From: Thermoanaerobaculia bacterium
GTDB lineage: Bacteria > Acidobacteriota > Thermoanaerobaculia > UBA5066 > Gp7-AA6
Assembly: GCA_040879385.1 (NCBI GenBank)
Contig: JBBDKM010000096.1
Coordinates: forward strand, 62,751-126,750
Reading direction: 5' to 3'
DNA length: 64,000 bases
Numbering within the stretch: position 1 is the first letter of the stretch; each line of letters opens with the position of its first letter. Shown here one piece after another: positions 54,089-62,000 of the stretch. A program made the position numbers and the translations under genes. The notes beneath the pieces were generated by a model. It did not search any database and had not been told where the DNA came from. It saw only the letters and a program-made list of their open reading frames with translations.

Positions 54089-56685
54089 TTCAGCCCTACC
54101 GCGACGAAGAGATCCGACAGGATCCGGTTATAGGAGTATGCGTACGTCTTGCCGTCGTCGGCGATCGCGGGAGGGGCGACGTTGGAGATCCCGGCGGGGT
54201 CCGGCGGGGTGAGCTCCTTCCAGAGCTCTCGCTTGCTCGTGGCCAGCTCCAATCGAAAGATCCTGGCCGGGTACGTGCCCCGCTTGTACACGTAGAGGGA
54301 CTTCCCGTCGGGGGTCCATCCCATCGTCGTCTCGTCGGCCTCCACCCCGGGGATCGGCGTGGGTTCTCCTCCGGACAGCGGATACAGGTAGCGCCTCTGG
54401 TCCGGCCCGACGACCGCCGCGAACCGGCCGTCGGGAGAGACGCAGCGCGACGGGGCGCGGTATCCCGGCGGGCTCAAGGCCCGCGGCTTGGCGTCGGCGC
54501 TGTCGAGCACCCAAAGACGCACGCCCCGGCCGGCTTCGCTGGCCGTCAGGAGAATCCGCTTGCCGTCCGGAAACCAGGCCGCGTTTTCCACTCTCAGTCC
54601 TGCGGTGGCAATCGGCCGGGCCTCGCCCGCACCCGTGGGAAGGAGTTGAAGCCCCGGCGTCGGAACGGAAAGGATGGACAGGGCCCAGCGGCCGTCGGGC
54701 GAGATCGACATCGGATTGCCGTCGCCCAGTCGCACGGGAGGCTCCCCGTCCAGTCGGCGGGAATAGGCCGAGTACCTCGCTCCCCCTCCCTCCCCCGTCT
54801 CGCTGAAGATGAAGACGGAGCCATCGGGCGCGATGTCTCTTACCGAGGACCAGTCGAGCCACGACAGATCCCGCTCCTTCACGTCGCCCGGCACGAAGGC
54901 CAGGATCCCGGACCGCAGGGCGTCGTGGGCGACGAGAGCTCGCCCGTCGCGCGACACGTCGTGAAGCGTGAGATTGCCCGTCACGCGAGTCAGGATCCGG
55001 CGCGAACCGGACAGCGAAACGGCGTAGACCCCGCGATTGCCCCCGGTTTCGGCCGCCGAGAACCAGACTTCCTTACCGCCGGGCGACCAGGCCAGCCCGC
55101 CCTCCGTCGAGAAGGGGCCCGCGAGCTGGCGATGTTTTCCCGCGCGGTCCACGACGTCGACGGTTCCTCCGTCATCCCCCAGCGTCGGATGATTCTGGAA
55201 GGCGACCCGATCTCCGTCGGGCGAGACGCGCGGATTCGTGATCCACCCTTCCGTTTCGAAGAGGACCTTGCCGATGGGGTATTCGACGCGGCACCGCGGC
55301 CCCGCGAACCTGACCACGGCCAGCGATTGCCCGTCCGGGCTCCAATCCGCCCACTGAACGTCTTCCAGGACCTCGCGCGGCGTGCCTCCGCCCGTGACCC
55401 CGATGCGGGCCAGCGTGCCGCTGCGCTGGAAGGGGCCTGCGAAACGCCTGTTCAAAGACACCGCCATCTCTCCCGAGGGGGAGATGGCGAGGATGTCGGC
55501 CGCCTTCAGGCCGAAGGGGCGCGCCTCGGGGCTGTCGAGACGGGACACGAAAATTTCGACGGGTCGTCCCTCCCACGTCGCGGCGTAGACGATCGTCTGA
55601 CCGTCCGGAGCGAAGCGGGCCGAGTAGATCTCGCCACGCTGGAACGTGAGCTGCTGGAACGACGGTGGCGGAGTGACTCCCGCTTTCTTGCCGGCCGTGA
55701 AAGCGGCGACGCCGACGGCCGCGGCCAGCGCCAGCGCGCCCACGACCCAGGGCCATACGCGCTTCGCCGACCGGGCGGCGCCGACTGGCTGTTGGCCGGT
55801 TGCCTCGGCGGAGACGGAAGCCTCGGAGAGGTGGTCCCGGATCGAGGCGAGGTCCCGCGCCATATCCTTCGTGGTCCCGTAACGATCCTCCGCGTTCTTC
55901 GTCAGACATCGCTCCACGATCCAGCGCACGGGCGCCGGCACGCGCGCGTTCAACTGCACCACCGGCACCGGCTCCTCGCGGATGATCGCCGTCAGGGTCT
56001 CCGCCGTCGTCCCACGCTCGAATGCACGCTTGCCCGTCGCCATCTCGTACAACATCGAACCGAACGAAAACTGGTCCGACCGAAAATCCGTCGGCCGCCC
56101 CGCCGCCTGCTCCGGCGACATGTATCCGACCGTCCCCATCACCATCCCGGGACGCGTCGGATCCCCCGCCGCCGTCTGGAGACTCGATACCTCGTCCGAC
56201 TCCGGCGTCACGAGCTTGGCCAACCCGAAGTCCAGGATCTTCGCGAACCCGTGCTTGGAGACCATTACGTTGGCGGGCTTCAAGTCCCGGTGCACGATCC
56301 CCGCCGCGTGCGCCGCCGCCAGCCCATCCGCGACCTGCGTCGCGAGCTCCAGCAGCTTGCGCGTCGGCACCGGACCCGACGCCACCAGATCCTTCAACGT
56401 CCCGCCCTCGATCAGCTCCATCGCGATGTACACCGTCGAGTCCGACGTCCCGATGTCGTAAATCGTCAAGATATTCGGATGCGACAAAGCCGACGCCGCC
56501 CGCGCCTCACGCTCAAACCGCTCCCGACGCTCCGGATCCGACGCAAGCTCCGCAGGCAACACCTTGATCGCCACCTCGCGCTTCAACCGCTCGTCCCGAG
56601 CCCGATACACCTCACCCATCCCTCCCGCGCCGATCGGCGCGAGGATCTCGTAGGGGCCGAGGCGCGCGCCGGCCGCGAGGGTCAC
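54085..56685 (-). CDS. Ser/Thr protein kinase, TM helix, TolB-like beta-propeller (paralog 1)
   Basis: The GTG start overlaps the upstream stop (GTGA). GAGGMGEVYRARD, HRDLKPANV and DFGLAK are present. The TM helix is WPWVVGALALAAAVGVAAF. PD40/TolB-type repeats (SPDG...) follow. Confidence 0.9.
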   Translation of the reverse strand: MTLAAGARLGPYEILAPIGAGGMGEVYRARDERLKREVAIKVLPAELASDPERRERFEREARAASALSHPNILTIYDIGTSDSTVYIAMELIEGGTLKDLVASGPVPTRKLLELATQVADGLAAAHAAGIVHRDLKPANVMVSKHGFAKILDFGLAKLVTPESDEVSSLQTAAGDPTRPGMVMGTVGYMSPEQAAGRPTDFRSDQFSFGSMLYEMATGKRAFERGTTAETLTAIIREEPVPVVQLNARVPAPVRWIVERCLTKNAEDRYGTTKDMARDLASIRDHLSEASVSAEATGQQPVGAARSAKRVWPWVVGALALAAAVGVAAFTAGKKAGVTPPPSFQQLTFQRGEIYSARFAPDGQTIVYAATWEGRPVEIFVSRLDSPEARPFGLKAADILAISPSGEMAVSLNRRFAGPFQRSGTLARIGVTGGGTPREVLEDVQWADWSPDGQSLAVVRFAGPRCRVEYPIGKVLFETEGWITNPRVSPDGDRVAFQNHPTLGDDGGTVDVVDRAGKHRQLAGPFSTEGGLAWSPGGKEVWFSAAETGGNRGVYAVSLSGSRRILTRVTGNLTLHDVSRDGRALVAHDALRSGILAFVPGDVKERDLSWLDWSSVRDIAPDGSVFIFSETGEGGGARYSAYSRRLDGEPPVRLGDGNPMSISPDGRWALSILSVPTPGLQLLPTGAGEARPIATAGLRVENAAWFPDGKRILLTASEAGRGVRLWVLDSADAKPRALSPPGYRAPSRCVSPDGRFAAVVGPDQRRYLYPLSGGEPTPIPGVEADETTMGWTPDGKSLYVYKRGTYPARIFRLELATSKRELWKELTPPDPAGISNVAPPAIADDGKTYAYSYNRILSDLFVAVGLK

Positions 56686-59213
56686 TTCACTCCCTCCACC
56701 AGGAAAAGGTCCGACAGAATGCGGTGGTAGCTGTACGCGTAGCTCGATGCGTCGGCCGTCAGGACGACCGAGACGATCTCGACCACGCCCGCGGAATCCG
56801 CGGGCATCAGGTCCCGAACGCGAGCCTTCTCCGCGGAGGCGAGGTCGAGCCGGAAGATGTGCGACGGGAGCTCCCCGCGTCGGAAGCCGAGGAGAGCACG
56901 GCCGTCCGAGGAGAAGCGGATCGGACGGTCGTCGGGGCCCAGACCCGGAACCGGCTCGGCCTGCCCGCCTTCGAGGGAAAAGAGGTAGTGGAGCTGATCC
57001 CCGGCTTGAGCCACGACCCGCTTGCCGTCCGGCGAGACGGGGAACGACCCGATGGCGATCCCTTCGGGTGTGATCGGCGCCGGCTTCTCGCCGTCGAGGC
57101 TTTGAACGTAGAGACGCACCACGCGCTCGGGCTCGTTGGCGGCGAGCAACACGCGCTTGCCGTCCGGCATCCAGCTCGCCCGGTGGATGTTGAGCCCGTG
57201 CGAGGGGAGCGCTCTGGGCTGTCCCGCCTTCGCGGGCAGCAACGCGAGCTGCTTGCCTCTCTTGGGGGTCGTATCGGCGGACGGATCGGAGGCCGCGTGG
57301 GGATCCGACGAGGGATCGAGGCTCAGCGAGAGCGCCCAGCGCCCGTCCGGCGAGATTCCGCACGCGGTTCCGTCACCGAGCCGGACCGCGGGCGAGCCGT
57401 CGGTCTTGCGCAGGTAAACGCCCTGGTGCGATCCGGCGCCCTCCCCCGACTCGTCGAAGAGCAGGAGCCGGCCGTCCGCCGACAGGTCCCGAACGAGCGA
57501 CCAGTCGAGATGTGACAGGTCCCGCTCCTTCTCCTGGCCGGACGGAAGGCCGACGATTCCAACCTTGCCGTTGTCGCTCGTCATGAGGATGCGGGAGCCC
57601 GTCCCCGCGTCCTGGATCGTCAGCTCGCCGGGCGTGCGCGCGAGCAGCCGCTCCTGCCCCGCGAGCGAGACCGCCCAGATCGCGCGCGCCACGCCGACGC
57701 GCGTCGCCGTGAACAGGATCTCGCCGTCCGTCGACCAGGCGAGACCATACGCCGTGATCCAATCCGTCGAGAGCGTCGTGAGCTTGCGCTGGCGATCCAC
57801 GGTCGCGACCGAGCCGAAGTCGTCTCCCAGAACCGGATGGTCCAGGAAGGCGACCAAATCCCCGCGGGGAGATACCCGCGGGTGGCTGATCCAACCGGCC
57901 GTCTCGTAGAGCACGGTTCCGATCGGGTACTCCAGGCGCGTCTTTCCGGCCTCCCTCACGACCACCGCGAGGCTCGAGCCGTCCGGCGCCCAGTCCGCCC
58001 ACTGCACGTCGTCGAGGAGCTCCCGCGGCGCCCCGCCGCCCAGAGGCGCCTGCGCGAGCGTGCCGCTCCAGATGAAGCGGCCCGCCCAGCGGCGTTCGAG
58101 CGAGACCGCCATCTGACCGGAGCGGGAGATCGAGAGCAGCTCCGCGTCGGGCAGCATGAGGGGGCTCGACTCGGGACTCTCGGGGCGCGTCGAGAAGAGG
58201 CGGAACGGCTCCCCGTCCCAGGAGGCCCCGTACACGACCGTCCGGCCGTCGGGAGGGAACCGCGCGGAGAGGATCGTCCCGCGGCGAAAGCTCAGGCGCT
58301 GGAACGTGGGCAGGGCCGCCTCGGGAGGCGCCTCGACCGCGAGGGTTTCGCCCGAGCCCATCTCCGAGAGATGCTCGCGCACCATCGCGAGGTCGCGCGC
58401 GAGGTCTCGCGTCGAGGCGTAGCGCCCGTCGGGCTCCTTGGTGAGGCACCGTTCCACGATCCACCGGAACGGAGCCGGGACTCGGGGGTTGACCTGCGCG
58501 ATCGGCCGGGGCTCCTCGCGGATGATCGCCGTCAGCGTCTCCGCGGACGTGTCGCGGCGAAACGCACGGCGGCCCGTCGCGAGCTCGTAGAGGATCGAGC
58601 CCAGCGAGAACTGGTCCGACCGAAAGTCGACGGCGCGGCCGCTCGCCTGCTCGGGCGACATGTAGCCGACGGTTCCCATGACCATTCCCGGGCGCGTTCC
58701 AGTGGCGGCGTCCGTCGAGTCCTGCATGGGAGCCTCGACCAGCTTCGCGAGGCCGAAGTCCAGGATCTTCACGTAGCCGTCGCGCGACACCATGACGTTC
58801 TCGGGCTTCAGGTCCCGATGGACGATCCCCGCCTCGTGCGCCTTCGCGAGCCCGTCGGCGATCTGCACGGCAATGTCGAGAAGACGGCGCGGAGGGAAGG
58901 CTTCGTCGCCCAGGCTCTCCCGAAGCGTGCTCCCGTCTACGAGCTCCATCGCCGTGTAGAAGGTCCCGTCGGAGGAGCCGACGTCGTAGATCGAAACGAT
59001 GTGGGGATGGTTCAAGGCCGAGGCGGCGCGGGCCTCGAGCTCGAACCGCCGGAGTCTGTCCCGGTCGCCGGCGATTTCCCCGAGCAGAACCTTGATCGCC
59101 ACCTCGCGGCCAAGACGCGGATCGCGCGCCCGGTAGACCTCCCCCATCCCGCCCGCGCCCAGAGGCGCGAGGATCTCGTAGGGTCCGAGCTTTGTGCCGG
59201 CGGACAGCGTCAT
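56682..59213 (-). CDS. Ser/Thr protein kinase with TolB-like beta-propeller, without a TM helix (paralog 2)
   Basis: MTLSAGTKLGPYEILAPLGAGGMGEVYRARD, HRDLKPENV and DFGLAK are present. There is no hydrophobic segment between the kinase and the propeller. Confidence 0.88.
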   Translation of the reverse strand: MTLSAGTKLGPYEILAPLGAGGMGEVYRARDPRLGREVAIKVLLGEIAGDRDRLRRFELEARAASALNHPHIVSIYDVGSSDGTFYTAMELVDGSTLRESLGDEAFPPRRLLDIAVQIADGLAKAHEAGIVHRDLKPENVMVSRDGYVKILDFGLAKLVEAPMQDSTDAATGTRPGMVMGTVGYMSPEQASGRAVDFRSDQFSLGSILYELATGRRAFRRDTSAETLTAIIREEPRPIAQVNPRVPAPFRWIVERCLTKEPDGRYASTRDLARDLAMVREHLSEMGSGETLAVEAPPEAALPTFQRLSFRRGTILSARFPPDGRTVVYGASWDGEPFRLFSTRPESPESSPLMLPDAELLSISRSGQMAVSLERRWAGRFIWSGTLAQAPLGGGAPRELLDDVQWADWAPDGSSLAVVVREAGKTRLEYPIGTVLYETAGWISHPRVSPRGDLVAFLDHPVLGDDFGSVATVDRQRKLTTLSTDWITAYGLAWSTDGEILFTATRVGVARAIWAVSLAGQERLLARTPGELTIQDAGTGSRILMTSDNGKVGIVGLPSGQEKERDLSHLDWSLVRDLSADGRLLLFDESGEGAGSHQGVYLRKTDGSPAVRLGDGTACGISPDGRWALSLSLDPSSDPHAASDPSADTTPKRGKQLALLPAKAGQPRALPSHGLNIHRASWMPDGKRVLLAANEPERVVRLYVQSLDGEKPAPITPEGIAIGSFPVSPDGKRVVAQAGDQLHYLFSLEGGQAEPVPGLGPDDRPIRFSSDGRALLGFRRGELPSHIFRLDLASAEKARVRDLMPADSAGVVEIVSVVLTADASSYAYSYHRILSDLFLVEGVK

Positions 59214-59389
59214 CGTAGCGTCCGCGTGTCATTCCGAGGAGCGAAGGGACGAGGAATCCCGCACTCGACGAGCCGAGCCCGCGGTCGAGCCCGGGATTCC
59301 TCGCTCCGCTCGGAATGACGGCTGTTGCCCGCGCCCAGAGGCGCCAGGATCTCGTAGGGTCCGAGGCGCGTGCCGGCCGCGAGCGTCAC
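59210..59389 (-). pseudogene. vestigial kinase 5' end (21 codons) read through a palindromic element as a 59-codon bridging ORF
   Basis: GTG at 59389 overlaps the stop of paralog 3 (GTGA). It encodes VTLAAGTRLGPYEILAPLGAG and then element-derived sequence. Its TGA overlaps the ATG of paralog 2 (ATGA). Confidence 0.6.
59228..59319. repeat. REP/MITE-like imperfect palindrome (GTCATTCCGAG...CTCGGAATGAC)
   Basis: The left arm is 59228-59261 and the right arm 59292-59319, with an inner CTCGAC...GTCGAG pair. It is the only copy in this window. Confidence 0.8.
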
Positions 59390-61977
59390 TTCATGCCGTC
59401 GATGAGCTGGAGATACGACAGGATGCGAAAATAGCTGTAGGCGTATGCCTTCCCGTCCGCGGTGACGACGATGCGGTTGATCGTGTTCAGACCCGCCGCG
59501 TCGGCGGGCATCACCTCTCTCCAGAGCTCCTTGCTCCCGGATGCGACCTCATAGCGATAGACCTTGAGGGGCATCTCCCCTCGCTCATGCACGAAGAGAA
59601 AGCGGCCGTCGGTCGTGAAGCGCACCGGGACATCGTTCGGGCCGAGCCCGGCGAGCACGGTCGGCTCGCCCCCTGCCACCGGATACAGATACAGTCTTCG
59701 ATCCGGGCCGCTCACCGCCACGAACTTCGAGTCGGGGGAGACCGTCCCGCGGAAGAGCCGATATCCCTCGGGCGTGAGGGCTCGTGGCTTTCCGCCGGCG
59801 GCATCTCGGAGAAACAGCCGCGTTCCGCTGCCCGATTCCGTCGCGGTGAAGATGATGCGCTTGCCGTCCGGGAGCCAGTCGGCATCGAGGACCGCCAGGT
59901 TCTCCCGCGGCAGGGGCTTTGGCTCGCCCACGCCCGTGGGCAGCAGGACGATCTGCGCCTCCGTCGTCGAGCGGACGATCGAGATGGCCCAGTTCCGGTC
60001 CGGGGAGAACGCCGCGGTGGCTCCCTCTCCGAGCCGGACCGCGGGCGTGCCGTCCGTCGTGCGTAGATAGGAGGAGTATCCCGGCCCGCCTCCCTCACCC
60101 GACTCCGTCAGGAGAAGAGACCCGCCGTCGGCGGAGATGTCGGTGACATTCGAGAAATCGAGCCAGGAGAGCTCTCTCTCCTTCGCGTCGGTCGGGCCAC
60201 GGCTGAGGATCCCCAGCCGGTAGCTTTCATTCGTCATGAGGACCCGGCCATCCTTCGAGATGTCCCGGAGGGTGCTCACACCTGGGACCCGTCCAACCAG
60301 ACGGGCGTTTCCCGAAAGCGTCACGGCGTGGATCGCGCGGTTGAACCCGCTCTCCGCCGCGGTGAACCAGATCTCGCTGCCGTCGGGCTTCCACGCAAGT
60401 CCCTGAGCCGTGGCGAAGATCGAGGAGAGAGTCTTCTTTTTGCCGGCGAGGTCGACGACCGCGACGGAGCCTCCGTCGTCCCTGGCTACGGGGTGATCCA
60501 TGAACGCGATTCGGTCGCCCTTCGGCGACATGCGCGGATGGCTGATCCAGCCGGTGGTCTCGTAGAGGACTTTCCCGATCGGGTACTCGAGCCGGTTGCG
60601 GACGCCGAAGTCGCGCACGATGGCGAGGCTCTTGCCATCCGGGCCCCAGTCGGCCCATTGCACGTCGTCTAGGATCTCGCGGGGAGCGCCTCCGGCAATG
60701 CTGATCCGGGCCAGACGTCCCGTCCTGATGAACGGCAAAGTCGTGCGGCGGTTGAGCGAGATGGCCATCTCCCCCGTCCGCGAGACCGCGAGTACCTCGG
60801 CCGCGGCGAGGCCGAAGGGTCTCGACTCGGGGCTCTCCGGACGATTGACAAAGACTTCGAAAGGCTTCCCTTCCCAGGCCGCGGAATAGAGGATCGTCTG
60901 GCCGTCGGGCGCGAAGAATGCGCCTCCGACCTCGCCGCGCTGGAAACTGAGCTGGTGGAACGTGGGCGGCGGGACCAAGCCGGCCTTCTTGCCCGAAGCG
61001 AAGGCCGCGAGGCCGGCGATCGCCGCACCCACGACCACCGCCGCCGCCAAAAGCGCCCAGGAGGGACGGCGCAACTTTCTTGCCTCCGCGGGTCCGACAG
61101 CCCCGGCGGCCGCCGCACCCGAAATGCCCGAAAGAGCCTCCAGATCGAACGCCAGGTCGCGCGCGGACTCGAACCGCTCCTCCGGGTTCTTCTCCAAACA
61201 GTGCCGCACGATGCGATCCAGCCCGGGATGGATCTCCTTGTTCGTTTGCGACAGATCCGGCGGCTCCTTGGTCAGGATCGCCGTGATCGTGTCCGCCGCC
61301 GTGTCCCCGCGAAACGTGCGCTGGCCGGACAGCATCTCGTACAGGATCGTCCCGAACGCGAAGAGATCGCTGCGCTTGTCGGCGGGCCTGCCCCGCACCT
61401 GTTCCGGCGACATGTAGCCCATCGTCCCGAGCACGACCCCGGGCTCCGTGCCGCCCGAGACGGTCTTCAGGTCGGTCTGGCCGCCTTCTTCTTTCTCCAA
61501 CTTCAGCTTCGCCAGGCCGAAGTCCAGGATCTTGACCCGCCCGTCTTTCGTGAGAAACAGGTTCTCCGGCTTCAGGTCCCGGTGCACGATCCCCTTCTCG
61601 TGCGCGGCGGCGAGGCCCTTCGCGATCTGCACGGCATAGTCGATGGCCTTGCGCGCGGAGACAGCTCCCGCACCGAGGCGGCTGCGCAAAGTCTCGCCCT
61701 CGAGAAGCTCCGTCACGATGTACGGCGCACCGTCGTGCGTTCCGAAGTCGTAGACCGCGGTGATACCCGGGTGGTTCAGCACCCCCGCCGCCCGGGCCTC
61801 CTGCTCGAAGCGCTTCAAGCGATCGGGGTCCTGCGAGAACGACGCCGGGAGGACCTTGATGGCCACCTCGCGGCCGAGCCGTGGGTCCTTTGCTCGGTAG
61901 ACCTCCCCCATCCCTCCGGCGCCCAGGGGCGCGAGGATCTCGTAGGGACCCAGACGGGAACCGGCGGAAAGGGTCAA
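59386..61977 (-). CDS. Ser/Thr protein kinase, TM helix, TolB-like beta-propeller (paralog 3)
   Basis: TTG start. GAGGMGEVYRAKD, HRDLKPENL and DFGLAK are present. The TM helix is WALLAAAVVVGAAIAGLAAFA, followed by PD40-type repeats. Confidence 0.9.
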   Translation of the reverse strand: MTLSAGSRLGPYEILAPLGAGGMGEVYRAKDPRLGREVAIKVLPASFSQDPDRLKRFEQEARAAGVLNHPGITAVYDFGTHDGAPYIVTELLEGETLRSRLGAGAVSARKAIDYAVQIAKGLAAAHEKGIVHRDLKPENLFLTKDGRVKILDFGLAKLKLEKEEGGQTDLKTVSGGTEPGVVLGTMGYMSPEQVRGRPADKRSDLFAFGTILYEMLSGQRTFRGDTAADTITAILTKEPPDLSQTNKEIHPGLDRIVRHCLEKNPEERFESARDLAFDLEALSGISGAAAAGAVGPAEARKLRRPSWALLAAAVVVGAAIAGLAAFASGKKAGLVPPPTFHQLSFQRGEVGGAFFAPDGQTILYSAAWEGKPFEVFVNRPESPESRPFGLAAAEVLAVSRTGEMAISLNRRTTLPFIRTGRLARISIAGGAPREILDDVQWADWGPDGKSLAIVRDFGVRNRLEYPIGKVLYETTGWISHPRMSPKGDRIAFMDHPVARDDGGSVAVVDLAGKKKTLSSIFATAQGLAWKPDGSEIWFTAAESGFNRAIHAVTLSGNARLVGRVPGVSTLRDISKDGRVLMTNESYRLGILSRGPTDAKERELSWLDFSNVTDISADGGSLLLTESGEGGGPGYSSYLRTTDGTPAVRLGEGATAAFSPDRNWAISIVRSTTEAQIVLLPTGVGEPKPLPRENLAVLDADWLPDGKRIIFTATESGSGTRLFLRDAAGGKPRALTPEGYRLFRGTVSPDSKFVAVSGPDRRLYLYPVAGGEPTVLAGLGPNDVPVRFTTDGRFLFVHERGEMPLKVYRYEVASGSKELWREVMPADAAGLNTINRIVVTADGKAYAYSYFRILSYLQLIDGMK

Positions 61978-61986
61978 GGCAGGAGG

Positions 61987-61992
61987 ATTCTA
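61987..61992 (-). promoter_or_regulatory. -10 box TAGAAT, 9 nt before the TTG start of kinase paralog 3
   Basis: Minus strand reads TAGAAT-cctcctgcc-TTG(61977). Confidence 0.4.
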
Positions 61993-62000
61993 ACCGCGGA

